Assembly: GCA_017454265.1 (NCBI GenBank)
Contig: JAFTDJ010000024.1
Coordinates: 3,329-67,328, forward strand
DNA length: 64,000 nucleotides
Origin: Bacteroidales bacterium
GTDB lineage: Bacteria > Bacteroidota > Bacteroidia > Bacteroidales > UBA932
Direction: 5' to 3'
Both the position numbers and the translations under genes were made by a program. Shown here piece after piece: positions 11,194 through 20,829 of the stretch (position 1 is the first letter of the stretch; the number at the start of each line of letters is the position of its first letter). A model generated the notes under the pieces. That model was not told where the DNA came from, made no database searches, and worked only from the letters and a program-made list of their open reading frames with translations.

Positions 11194-11198
11194 CAATT

Positions 11199-12785
11199 AT
11201 GAGAAGAATAACAACCACGCTGATTCTGACCGTTTTGATGCTTATTCCCGGAGCCTGCGACCGGCAGCAGGCCGAATCTCCCAAAGCCCTGGTCACAAGC
11301 ATCCTGGTAAACGGCAAGGCGGTATCCTTGTCCGGAACGGTAAACGACGTGCCTCTGCGAGGCGGTCTCGTCATAGCGCTTACGTTTACGCATGAAGCGG
11401 ACATCAGCAAGGCGGGCGGTTATTCTTTCTCTGGAGGCAACCTGGTGCCTTCGTACGGAGCGGACCGCACCACGGTGGAACTCCGTCCTGATAAGGAACC
11501 GGAGTACTTCAAGCGTTATACTTTCTCTCTTTCCGCGGGAGAGTATTTCGGCGTCAATATACTTAAGGACGTACAGTTCACAATGACCACGGAGTACGAT
11601 CCTTCAGACAAGTTTCCCCGCATCTCCGACGATGAGCTGCTGACGCTGGTGCAGAAACAGACTTTCGATTACTTCTGGAGCTACGGCCACCCCGACAGCG
11701 GTCTCGCCCGCGAGCGTCTGGGCTCGGACAATACCGTGACCACCGGCGGTTCCGGGTTCGGCGTAATGACTCTTCCCGTAGCCGTAGAAAGGGGATTTGT
11801 GAGCCGGAGCGAAGCTGCTCAGCGGCTGCGAAAGATTGTAGATTTTCTGGGAACGAAGGCAGACCGTTTCCACGGAGCCTTCCCGCATTGGCTCAACGGC
11901 ACCACAGGAAGAGTGGTTCCATTCAGCTCCAACGACAACGGCGGCGACCTGGTGGAAACGGCGTTTATGATTCAGGGCCTGCTGGCTGCGGCGCAGTACT
12001 TCAGCGAGCCAGGCGAGGCCGATATCCGCAACGGAATAGATGCCATCTGGCGGGCCGTAGAGTGGGACTGGTACACACGCGGGCAGGATGTTCTGTACTG
12101 GCATTGGTCTCCGGATAAGGAGTGGGCAATGAATATGCAGGTAAAAGGCTGGAACGAAGGCCTTATAGTTTATGTGCTGGCAGCTTCTTCTCCTACGCAT
12201 CCGGTGAGAGCGGAAGTGTATCATCAGGGATGGGCGTCGGGCGGCGGCATGACGCTGTCCAACAACAGTCCCATGTTCTTTGCCCACTATTCCTTTATGG
12301 GCCTGGACCCCCGCGGACTCAAAGACAGTTATGCCGATTACTGGGAACATAACACGGCCCACGCGCTGCGTAACTATTCTTATTGCGTAACCAATTCCAA
12401 GAAACACGCCGGATATTCCGCCGATTCCTGGGGGCTTACCGCCAGCGATTACCCGGGCGGCTATACGGCTTCTTCCCCTTCCAACGACCGCGGCGCCATT
12501 GCTCCCACGGCCGCCCTGGCTTCTTATCCATATGTTCCGGAGGAAAGCCTCCGCGCCTTAAGGCAGTTCTACTATGTTTATGGCGACCGCCTCTGGGGCA
12601 AGTATGGCTTCTACGACGCCTTCTGCCTGGACAGCCGCTGGTTTGCGTCGTCTTATATCGCCATAGACCAGGGCCCGATCATTGTGATGATAGAAAACGG
12701 CCGCAGCGGCTTGTTATGGCGCTGTTTTATGAAAAACCCCGATATTCTTGCCGGTCTGGCCAAACTCGGGTTTACAAGGCAGTAA
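11199..12785 (+). CDS. GH144/glycoamylase-family hydrolase with N-terminal Ig-like domain, lipoprotein
   Basis: PGAC lipobox, ~130 aa beta-rich N-domain, then SDDELLTLVQ, GLARER, GGSGFG, RFHGAFPHW, GGDLVETAF, YIAIDQGPI. Confidence 0.85.
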   Translation: MRRITTTLILTVLMLIPGACDRQQAESPKALVTSILVNGKAVSLSGTVNDVPLRGGLVIALTFTHEADISKAGGYSFSGGNLVPSYGADRTTVELRPDKEPEYFKRYTFSLSAGEYFGVNILKDVQFTMTTEYDPSDKFPRISDDELLTLVQKQTFDYFWSYGHPDSGLARERLGSDNTVTTGGSGFGVMTLPVAVERGFVSRSEAAQRLRKIVDFLGTKADRFHGAFPHWLNGTTGRVVPFSSNDNGGDLVETAFMIQGLLAAAQYFSEPGEADIRNGIDAIWRAVEWDWYTRGQDVLYWHWSPDKEWAMNMQVKGWNEGLIVYVLAASSPTHPVRAEVYHQGWASGGGMTLSNNSPMFFAHYSFMGLDPRGLKDSYADYWEHNTAHALRNYSYCVTNSKKHAGYSADSWGLTASDYPGGYTASSPSNDRGAIAPTAALASYPYVPEESLRALRQFYYVYGDRLWGKYGFYDAFCLDSRWFASSYIAIDQGPIIVMIENGRSGLLWRCFMKNPDILAGLAKLGFTRQ

Positions 12786-12846
12786 TATGCTTCGTTTTCT
12801 GGACGAAGAGAACAGAAAAGAAAACGATTTGCTATATTTGTGAGAA

Positions 12847-13908
12847 ATGAAGAAGAGAGATATTATAGTTTTGCCGTTACTGGCGGTGGCAATTGTGCTG
12901 ACGGCCGGGTGCGGCGGCGCGCCCAGCGGCGGTAAAGCGAAAAACAGTCGCGCAGACGGCGGAAAAGGCGAACCGTTAGCTGTAGAGCAGGCGGAGACCA
13001 GGTACCGGCCATTCCCTCAGATGAGTGTGCCTTCCGTATATGCAAACGACGCTGAAGCGGCGCAGGAATATGTGGTGACTCACTACTGGGACACCTTTTT
13101 CAAGTCCGACGGCCCCACCACCCCCAAGTCCATACTTGGCGTTTCCGACGACGAGGTGGAGCAGGCCCTGTCTAATTATATACAGATTCTGCAGAACATA
13201 AAGCTTACCGCCACGCCGGACGAGCCCGCCTCCTTCACCCTTGCCCGGAACGGCGTGAAGGCCATGTTCTCCAGGCTGGAAACCCGCCAGCTGGCAGATA
13301 CTTCCGCACATACCTACCTGCGTTTCACGGAGATGGTCACAAAGTATCTCTACGACCCCAATTCCCCCATGCGCGACGAGGACCTTTACCTGCCTTTCGC
13401 CGAAGGTATGGCGGCCAGCCCTTGCACACGCGAGGATATGCGCAACGCCGCACGCTTCGAGGCTTCCGCATGCCGCAAGAACGGATTCGGCCAGACCGCG
13501 CGCAACTTCAGCTTTAAAGACGCCCGCGGCAACAAGGGGTCGCTCCACGCGGTAAAGGCGGATTATACCATGCTGTTCTTCAGCAACCCGGGCTGCACCT
13601 CCTGCAAGGCTATTATAGAAGAAATAGGCTCCCGGGGCTTCGTGCGCCCCATGATTACCGAGAAAAAACTGGCTATCGTGAACATCTACATAGACGAAGA
13701 GGTGCAGAAGTGGCGCGAGTATCTTCATAACTATCCTCCCGAGTGGATCAACGGCTACGACTACACCTTCAGCCTGCGCGACTCCGGGAGCTACGACATA
13801 CGCGCCATACCGTCCCTGTACCTGCTGGATGCCGGAAAGCGTGTAATCATGAAGGACGCCCCCACAGGCAGGGTGCTCGACTATCTTGAAACCATCTACA
13901 GACAATGA
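12847..13908 (+). CDS. DUF5106 / thioredoxin-like (TlpA-type) lipoprotein
   Basis: TAGC lipobox, [25 protein letters not shown] (CxxC), [13 protein letters not shown]. Confidence 0.75.
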   Translation: MKKRDIIVLPLLAVAIVLTAGCGGAPSGGKAKNSRADGGKGEPLAVEQAETRYRPFPQMSVPSVYANDAEAAQEYVVTHYWDTFFKSDGPTTPKSILGVSDDEVEQALSNYIQILQNIKLTATPDEPASFTLARNGVKAMFSRLETRQLADTSAHTYLRFTEMVTKYLYDPNSPMRDEDLYLPFAEGMAASPCTREDMRNAARFEASACRKNGFGQTARNFSFKDARGNKGSLHAVKADYTMLFFSNPGCTSCKAIIEEIGSRGFVRPMITEKKLAIVNIYIDEEVQKWREYLHNYPPEWINGYDYTFSLRDSGSYDIRAIPSLYLLDAGKRVIMKDAPTGRVLDYLETIYRQ

Positions 13909-14699
13909 AACAATATCTCGACCTGCTGCGTTACATACGCGAGAACGGAGTCATTAAGCAAGACCGCACCGGAGTCGGTACGCAGAGCATCTTCGGATAC
14001 CAGATGCGCTTCAACCTTGCCGACGGTTTTCCTTTGCTCACCACCAAGAAAGTACACCTGAGATCTATCATACACGAGCTTTTGTGGTTCATCGCAGGGG
14101 ACACCAACATCGGATACCTTCACGACAACAAAGTGACCATTTGGGATGAGTGGGCCGACGGGAACGGGGACCTGGGGCCCGTGTACGGTCATCAATGGCG
14201 CAGTTGGGACACTGCCGACGGCCGCAGCATAGACCAGCTGGCGCAGGTGGTGGAGACAATACGCCTCAATCCCGATTCCCGCCGTATGCTGGTCTGTGCA
14301 TGGAACCCGGCAGACATAGATAAAATGGCCCTGCCGCCCTGCCACTGCCTGTTCCAGTTTTATGTGGCGGAAGGAAAGCTGAGCTGCCAGCTGTATCAGC
14401 GCAGCGCCGACACTTTCCTCGGCGTGCCGTTCAACATAGCTTCCTACGCCCTTCTTACCATGATGCTGGCCCAGGTATGCGGCCTGCAGCCCGGAGAATT
14501 CATACATACTACCGGAGACACCCACATCTATCTCAACCACTTCGACCAGGTGGCGGAGCAGCTTTCCCGGGAACCGCGCCCCCTGCCTGTGATGAGGCTC
14601 AACCCCGAAGTAAAGGAGCTGTGGGATTTCCGTTACGAAGACTTCACCCTGGAGGGCTACGACCCATGGCCGGCCATCAAAGCCCCCGTGGCGGTATGA
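13905..14699 (+). CDS. thyA: Thymidylate synthase
   Basis: [27 protein letters not shown] catalytic motif, YQRSAD, PFNIASY. Confidence 0.98.
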   Translation: MKQYLDLLRYIRENGVIKQDRTGVGTQSIFGYQMRFNLADGFPLLTTKKVHLRSIIHELLWFIAGDTNIGYLHDNKVTIWDEWADGNGDLGPVYGHQWRSWDTADGRSIDQLAQVVETIRLNPDSRRMLVCAWNPADIDKMALPPCHCLFQFYVAEGKLSCQLYQRSADTFLGVPFNIASYALLTMMLAQVCGLQPGEFIHTTGDTHIYLNHFDQVAEQLSREPRPLPVMRLNPEVKELWDFRYEDFTLEGYDPWPAIKAPVAV

Positions 14700-15220
14700 G
14701 ATTCACTATCAAACACCATCCTGCTATGCTTAAATGCCTTATCGTCGCCATTGCCGACAACAATGGAATAGGTGTGAAGGGAGACCTCCCCTGGCACATT
14801 TCCGAAGACCTCAAATACTTCAAGTCCGTTACTGCCGGATATCCGGTGATTATGGGCCGCACGACATATTTTTCCCTTCCGTTCCGCCCGCTCAAGGGGC
14901 GTAAGAACATTGTGCTCAACCTTGGAGGAGAACCTATTCCGGAGGTGACTTGCGTGTATTCCTTCGACGAGGCGTTCAGCGAAGCGGAGGCCACCGGAAA
15001 GGATAAATGCTTCATTATGGGAGGAGCTTCGGTATATCGTGCAGCCCTTCCTGTGATGGACCGCCTGTACATTACTCACGTGCATACCGTGGTAGAACAG
15101 GCCGACGCCTTCTTCCCGGAAATCGACCCGGCGGTCTGGAAGGTGGTAAGTACTTCAGAAACCCGCACTGACCCGGAAACGGGTTATCCCTTCGAATTCG
15201 TCGTTTACGAAAGAAGGTAG
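14696..15220 (+). CDS. folA: Dihydrofolate reductase (start at 14696 or 14726)
   Basis: [46 protein letters not shown]; ATGA overlap with thyA. Confidence 0.93.
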   Translation: MRFTIKHHPAMLKCLIVAIADNNGIGVKGDLPWHISEDLKYFKSVTAGYPVIMGRTTYFSLPFRPLKGRKNIVLNLGGEPIPEVTCVYSFDEAFSEAEATGKDKCFIMGGASVYRAALPVMDRLYITHVHTVVEQADAFFPEIDPAVWKVVSTSETRTDPETGYPFEFVVYERR

Positions 15221-15247
15221 CGGTTTTTTTCCGTGTCTTTGTGTTTG

Positions 15248-15330
15248 CCATCCACAAAATAGCCTTGATTTGTGGACAGCAAGCATTTTTTTCGAAGTCC
15301 ATCCACAAAAACCCGCTGTATTGTGGACGG
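15248..15330. repeat. Pair of palindromic repeats TCCACA-N14-TGTGGAC (copies 1 and 2, 51 bp period)
   Basis: TCCACA at 15251 and 15302, each followed after 14 nt by TGTGGAC; the same motif recurs at 45409, 45460 and 63138. Confidence 0.85.
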
Positions 15331-15488
15331 AACAGCAAATACGTCGTGTCCCGGGAGTGAAATATGACTTTTTGCTCCCGAAAGAAGGCTGTGCCAACAG
15401 GGAACTCGGAACTTCGCAGGTGAGCCGGTTTTTTTGAATTTTAAATTTTTTTCCGATATTTGGGAGCGTTAGAAAAGTCAGTTAGTAG

Positions 15489-16850
15489 ATGTCCGCTTCC
15501 AAGAGAGAGAATTTCGGAAGTTCCTTCACTTTCATAATGGCCATGGCCGGGTCCGCTATCGGGCTCGGCAATATCTGGCGTTTCCCATATATGGTAGGGG
15601 AACACGGAGGTGCCGCGTTCATTATCGCCTATATAATCTGCAGCCTGTTCATTGCCGTTCCCTGCTTCGTGTGCGAAGCTGTAATAGGCCGTAGAGGCCG
15701 TGGCGGGGTGTACGGCTCCCTGGACCGTCTGGCTCCTGGTACGGGATGGAAAAACCTGGGATTCTTGTCTGTGCTGACGTGCTTCGTAATAGCTTCGTAC
15801 TACTGTGTGGTTGGCGGATGGTCCCTGGATTTCCTGGTCCGTTCACTCACCGGGAAGCTGGCCCAGGGCCGCCCCGACAGGGCCGTTGAGATTTTTGGCA
15901 AGATGGCGGCTTCGCCTCTGGAGTCGATATCGATGCATATGTGTTTCCTGGCCGCAACCGCAGTGATTGTACTGAGGGGAGTAAAAAACGGAATAGAAAA
16001 GTTCACAAAGATTACCACGCCCATGCTTTTTATACTCATGGTGGCAATGGTAATCTTTTCTGTTTCCCTTCCAGGAGCGGCCGAGGGCGTAAAATATCTC
16101 GTCAAGCCGGACTTTGGCAAACTGGATGCAGAAGGTTGGGCCTGCGCCCTTGGACAGGCCTTCTTCTCCATGTCGCTAGGCGTAGGTACCGTACTGATTT
16201 ATTCTTCTTTCATGAAGAAAGACAACAGTATCCTGGGCTCCGGATTATGGACTTCTTTTTCCGATACCGGTTTTGCAATCATAGCCGGATTCGCCATTAT
16301 GCCTGCGGTGTTCGCGGCCGGAATCGAGCCAGGGGCGGGTCCGTCGCTGGTGTACGAAACGCTGCCGTACATATTCGCCAAAATGGGTACGGATGCTCCC
16401 CTGGTGGGATATGCAGTTACAGTTATATTTTTCCTTGCTATACTTATGGCGGCGCTGTCGTCGTCAATCTCCATACTGGATGTCTGCGTTGAGCATATGG
16501 TAGAGCAGTACGGTTTTAAACGCCGTAAGGCTGTTCTGCTGTTCTTCGTACTTGCCCTTGCCCTGGGAATCCCCTGCGCCCTGTCCTTTGGCTGTATGGA
16601 GTCTTTTAAAATCTTTGGAAAGACGGTGTTCGATTTCTGTGATTATGTCTGTTCCAATGTGTTTATGATTCTTGGAGCCTTGTTCTTCACTCTCTTTGCC
16701 GGATGGAAAATGAAGGACGAAGACTTCCGGGACGAATTCACCAACGGCGGCACGCTGCGTTTCAGCAGCCGTGTCTTCCCCGTGGTGAGGTTTCTGGTGC
16801 GCTGGGTTATTCCCGTGGTGATTTTGATAATATTCATCTGTTCCCTCTAA
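15489..16850 (+). CDS. Sodium-dependent transporter, NSS/SNF family
   Basis: GSAIGLGNIWRFPY, GGAAF, ALGQAFFSMSLG, GPSLVYETLP and multiple TM helices. Confidence 0.92.
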   Translation: MSASKRENFGSSFTFIMAMAGSAIGLGNIWRFPYMVGEHGGAAFIIAYIICSLFIAVPCFVCEAVIGRRGRGGVYGSLDRLAPGTGWKNLGFLSVLTCFVIASYYCVVGGWSLDFLVRSLTGKLAQGRPDRAVEIFGKMAASPLESISMHMCFLAATAVIVLRGVKNGIEKFTKITTPMLFILMVAMVIFSVSLPGAAEGVKYLVKPDFGKLDAEGWACALGQAFFSMSLGVGTVLIYSSFMKKDNSILGSGLWTSFSDTGFAIIAGFAIMPAVFAAGIEPGAGPSLVYETLPYIFAKMGTDAPLVGYAVTVIFFLAILMAALSSSISILDVCVEHMVEQYGFKRRKAVLLFFVLALALGIPCALSFGCMESFKIFGKTVFDFCDYVCSNVFMILGALFFTLFAGWKMKDEDFRDEFTNGGTLRFSSRVFPVVRFLVRWVIPVVILIIFICSL

Positions 16851-16868
16851 TCTCCGCCACGTTGCCGT

Positions 16869-18209
16869 TCAGTCGAGCGTGGGGATGGGGAAAACAGCGC
16901 CTGAAAGCAGGAACCATACCATGGCGAAGGTCAGTGCTATATTGAAAGTCTGACCCACGATGTAGAGCCACAGCGGTTTGCCGCCCTTCATCTGGCGGGC
17001 GATGTCGCGGAAATTGGTATCCAGGCCTATGCTTACGAAGGCAAGTACAAAGCACCAGTTCTTGTACTGGTCCAGAACTCCGTTTACCGCCTTCACCTGG
17101 TCTGCTCCGGCAAGCGGAAGCACAACGAAGGAAGCAATGAGGGAGGCAACGAAGAAACCGATGATGAACTTGGGGAAACGGGTCCAGATTTCTCCGGCGC
17201 CAACCTTTTGGCCGTCCTTGCGGTTTACGCTGGTAGCGAAGAACAGGGCTACGAAGAAGGCGATGAAGCCAATCAGTATGTTCTGAATCATCTTCACCAG
17301 CACGGCGGCCTTCTCGGCTTCACCGCCAAGCACCGAACCGGCTACAGCAACGGCTCCGGTACTGTCCACGGTGCCTCCGATGAGGGCTCCTCCCATTATG
17401 GGAGACATCCCGCATGCCTTGATGATCACCGGTTCCAGCACCATCATCAGTACTGTGAAAATGATGGAAATGGAAATGGTCATGGTAAGGTCGTCCTTCT
17501 TGCATCCCGAGGCGGCTCCGGATGCAATCGCGGCAGACGTTCCGCATACGCTGGTGGCCGATGCCATAGTGATGACAAGTGGTTTGTTGTCCATCTTGAG
17601 CACTCGTGTGCCGAACCACCACATAAACAGGATTACTACAGGCGTCACGGCCCATGCGATGCCGAGTCCGTAAAGGCCGAATTTGGCGATATTGGAAAAC
17701 AGCACCGAGAACCCCATTATCACAAGGCCCGTCTTGATATAGAATTCCGTGCGAACGGCCGGTCTGATCCATTTGGGAGTTCCTACGGTGTTGGAAATCA
17801 GCATGCCCACGATAAGTGCCCAGAAAGCCCACTCCAGATAGCGGTTAAGTGTGAATTCTGCGCTTATGAGCCTCACTATTACAGACAGCAGGAAAACGCC
17901 GGTAAAAGCCGGGATAAACCTGGAGAACTTCTCTCCGGTGAGCTTGGCGCCCACGGCGAACAAAACTCCCAGCACGCAGACCGTCAGCATCATCTTTAGC
18001 CAGAAGGCTCCGCTGGAGAGTTGCTGCCCCAGAGGCACGACTTTGGCCGCTGCCGCCTCCGGGAGATTTTCTCCCCATGTCCAGGTCTTGAATTTAAGTG
18101 CAGAAAAATCAAAGGCGCCGGTAAGCACGGCAATCAAACCTATTCCAATGATGATGAAGCCTATCCAGACTGCAAGCCAGTCTTCACTTTTGAGTAATTT
18201 AGATGACAT
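16869..18209 (-). CDS. YeiH / putative sulfate exporter family membrane protein
   Basis: EDWLAVW, EFYIKTGLV, SVCGTSAAIA, GGTVDSTGAV, VKMIQNILIG, RFPKFIIGF, FVSIGL. Confidence 0.85.
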   Translation of the reverse strand: MSSKLLKSEDWLAVWIGFIIIGIGLIAVLTGAFDFSALKFKTWTWGENLPEAAAAKVVPLGQQLSSGAFWLKMMLTVCVLGVLFAVGAKLTGEKFSRFIPAFTGVFLLSVIVRLISAEFTLNRYLEWAFWALIVGMLISNTVGTPKWIRPAVRTEFYIKTGLVIMGFSVLFSNIAKFGLYGLGIAWAVTPVVILFMWWFGTRVLKMDNKPLVITMASATSVCGTSAAIASGAASGCKKDDLTMTISISIIFTVLMMVLEPVIIKACGMSPIMGGALIGGTVDSTGAVAVAGSVLGGEAEKAAVLVKMIQNILIGFIAFFVALFFATSVNRKDGQKVGAGEIWTRFPKFIIGFFVASLIASFVVLPLAGADQVKAVNGVLDQYKNWCFVLAFVSIGLDTNFRDIARQMKGGKPLWLYIVGQTFNIALTFAMVWFLLSGAVFPIPTLD

Positions 18210-18235
18210 TTGTATTCTATGCAAGCAAGTTATAA

Positions 18236-20065
18236 TCAGAATTCCGAATAATCGGTGGTAAGAGTACTCCGGCGGAACACTCTCTTGATGCCGCTGCCGG
18301 GTATGGTGTGTGTAACAACCACTTCCCACCCGCTTTCGGCGGCAGGATTGCCGGAGGCGGGTTTGTAATACCAAAAATGACTGTGGGTGCGGTCTGTCCA
18401 TGCAACAGAATCCTTACCGAGTTCGTTGAAGGCGTAGGATGCAAGGGCCATGTTCGAGGTGGAGCCGTCCGGTACGCGGGTGAAGTCGCCCTTCTTGACT
18501 CCGTCTTTGAACATCTCCACCGTCCACCAGGTGTTGTCGTCGTCCCACACTTCCGCCACGAAGCAGCCTTTGAACTGGTTGTTGCCGTATGCGGTCACAT
18601 CATTGGGGCCGTTGCAGTCGGAATACCAGTTAAAGCTGTAACTGCGGGCCCCGCTGTAAAGCTGGTTGCCGTCGTACACGCGCAACTGATAATCCTTGGG
18701 ACGGCCCGTGCCCTTGTTGGTCCAGTCCACCACGTCGGCATCTTTGACAGAGTAGATAGTGTAACCGTTGGGGCCACCTGTAACGCTGCTGTGGCAATTC
18801 CACCAGCCGCCGCATGCCGCCTGGTGAATGTGCTCCATTACCGGCCGCCCGCTCTTGCACACGTAGTCATTGTGTATGTAGCAAGCAGGATAGTGCGTAT
18901 GCCCGGCCATCAGTTCCGCCGAGTGGAATTCTGTCATTGCCGACAGTATTTCGCCGTGATAGCAGAAGGTTATGATGTTCGGAGTGCCCTCCACCGGCCA
19001 GGGAAAGCCTTCCCTGAATGGGACGTGGGTGCAGAATATTATCATCTTGCTCTCCTTGTCGGCGACCAGTTCCAGATCCTGCTTGAGCCATTCCCACTGC
19101 TCCGGCACAAAGCCGGAGAAGAAACTCCAGGTCTGTTTATCGGGGTAAGCGGCGTCAAGCTTGGAAGTGACGTTCATATCGTCCATTACAACAATATGGG
19201 CGCGTCCCCTGTCGAAGGAATAGTCCGTGGGGCCGAAATGATCTATGTACAGCTGCGTTGCGCTGTAGTCGTCTGTGGCGGCTGCAGTGGCTGTGTGGTC
19301 GTGATTGCCTATGCACTGGAAGAACGGCAGCCAGCCTGAGGATATACGGACGTTGGACATAGCGTCGCGCATAGTATCCCACATATTGGAGGAGTCGAAC
19401 ACTATGTCTCCCAGCGTGATTGCGTACACATTTTTGTATTCGCCCGACGCCAGTCCCTCGTTCACTGTTGCCTGGATGTCGGGAATGGTACCCGGATAGC
19501 TCCCGTGCTTTTTGGTGAAGTATCCGGCTCCCTTGGCAGTCTGGCACTGGGGGTCGCCTATCATCACAAGAGTAAACTCGTTTTCGGGCGAGTCCAGAGG
19601 CTCCAGGGTGAAGTCGTTGCGGTTGACTTCGGTCTTGCTTATGGGATTTTTGCTGTAGAACGCAGGTGCGTGGTATTTTTCGTCCAGCGGAATCTTGAAT
19701 TCTGCTGGCACGGTAATGTAAACGGTACGGCAGCGCTCGTCCAGAAGCAATTGGTAAACGCCGTTCTCGTCGGTAAGTGTAAATTTATATCCGTCGCTCA
19801 CCGGTACGCCGGGAACGCCCTTCCCTGTGGCTGCGTTTTTTACCAGGCCTACTCCGGTCATGCCCTCAATCAGCAGGGAACCATTGATATGGGTGTCGTC
19901 GTTCAGCGGCGGTTCCGGCTCTGGCTCTGGCTCGGGTTCCGGTTCGGGTTCGGGCTCCGGTTCCGGTGGAACAATTGTTTCCTGCTGTTCAGTATCCGGG
20001 TCTTGAGGCGTACATGCCCAGAAGACAAGCAGTCCGGAGAGCAAAATGGATAGCGCACGTTTCAT
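18236..20065 (-). CDS. Calcineurin-like metallophosphoesterase lipoprotein
   Basis: WAC lipobox, PE linker, VPVSDG..TDENGVY, GDPQ, LGDIVFD, GNHDH, GHTH and PNGY motifs. Confidence 0.85.
   Translation of the reverse strand: MKRALSILLSGLLVFWACTPQDPDTEQQETIVPPEPEPEPEPEPEPEPEPEPPLNDDTHINGSLLIEGMTGVGLVKNAATGKGVPGVPVSDGYKFTLTDENGVYQLLLDERCRTVYITVPAEFKIPLDEKYHAPAFYSKNPISKTEVNRNDFTLEPLDSPENEFTLVMIGDPQCQTAKGAGYFTKKHGSYPGTIPDIQATVNEGLASGEYKNVYAITLGDIVFDSSNMWDTMRDAMSNVRISSGWLPFFQCIGNHDHTATAAATDDYSATQLYIDHFGPTDYSFDRGRAHIVVMDDMNVTSKLDAAYPDKQTWSFFSGFVPEQWEWLKQDLELVADKESKMIIFCTHVPFREGFPWPVEGTPNIITFCYHGEILSAMTEFHSAELMAGHTHYPACYIHNDYVCKSGRPVMEHIHQAACGGWWNCHSSVTGGPNGYTIYSVKDADVVDWTNKGTGRPKDYQLRVYDGNQLYSGARSYSFNWYSDCNGPNDVTAYGNNQFKGCFVAEVWDDDNTWWTVEMFKDGVKKGDFTRVPDGSTSNMALASYAFNELGKDSVAWTDRTHSHFWYYKPASGNPAAESGWEVVVTHTIPGSGIKRVFRRSTLTTDYSEF
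19911..19967 (-). repeat. Degenerate 6-nt tandem repeat encoding a (Pro-Glu) x ~9 linker
   Basis: Run of GGTTCC/GGCTCT/GGCTCG/GGTTCG-type units; the protein reads PEPEPE... Confidence 0.85.
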
Positions 20066-20289
20066 ACTGCAAATATAACAAAACTTGAGAATCAATGTCA
20101 CCTCCCTTCGCTCCGTCGCCTCCGGTCCTTCGACCTGGTTGATTTTCATTCACTTACATCTTCTGGGCCGGTGAATTTAAACTATGCCATTTCTGTAAAA
20201 AGCGTTGATACTCAGAAAAAAAATGCCGACCAATGACGTAGTTCTATGTTTTTGCGTTATATTAATATACGACATCAAAATGTCGAGAT

Positions 20290-20829
20290 GTGAGTGAAGA
20301 AGAATTAATCAACGCTTGCCGAAATGGCAACAAAGATGCACAAAAAGAACTGTATATTCAATATGCAGAAAGGGTTTATACGCTTTGTATCAGATACTTA
20401 GGAGACAGGGAAAATGCTTTGGACTACACACATGACGCTATAATTAAAGCTTTTCTAGCTATATCACGTTTCAAGTACTCCGGAGAAGGTTCATTTTATG
20501 TTTGGTTGAGAAAGATAACCATAAACATGATTATAGACAGACTCAGGCTGAACAAACGGATTAAACAAGTCCCAATAAGCACGATCGCTGAGCCCGCAGA
20601 TGAAAAAGAGGACAGTTTACTACCTGCAGTCCCGCCAGAGATTCTTTTGCAAATGATTTCATGTATGTCTGAAGAGCGAAGGATTGTTTTTAACATGTAC
20701 TGCATTGACGGATACTCACATAAAGAGATAGCGAGGCGGCTTGGAATAACGGAAAAGGGGTCCGCCTCCATTTTGGCAAAAGCCCGGGCCTTGTTAAAGA
20801 AAAAGGTTTTCGATTATGTTGACGAATAA
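20290..20829 (+). CDS. ECF RNA polymerase sigma-70 factor
   Basis: GTG start; AQKELY, DYTHDAIIKAF, FYVWLRKITIN (region 2), VFNMYCIDGYSHKEIARRLGI..AKAR (region 4). Confidence 0.92.
   Translation: MSEEELINACRNGNKDAQKELYIQYAERVYTLCIRYLGDRENALDYTHDAIIKAFLAISRFKYSGEGSFYVWLRKITINMIIDRLRLNKRIKQVPISTIAEPADEKEDSLLPAVPPEILLQMISCMSEERRIVFNMYCIDGYSHKEIARRLGITEKGSASILAKARALLKKKVFDYVDE

Noticed and set aside
13905-15220. thyA-folA as an acquired trimethoprim-resistance cassette
   Set aside because: Ordinary chromosomal pairing, host-like composition and no mobile context.
15248-15330. ATCCACA/TGTGGA half-sites as DnaA boxes (oriC)
   Set aside because: At best 7/9 to TTATCCACA, always in fixed inverted pairs, and scattered over three loci without an evident unwinding element or origin-linked genes.
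15330-15488. Riboswitch upstream of the NSS transporter
   Set aside because: No aptamer consensus recognised; the likely -7 box (GATATTTG, imperfect) lies downstream of the hairpins.
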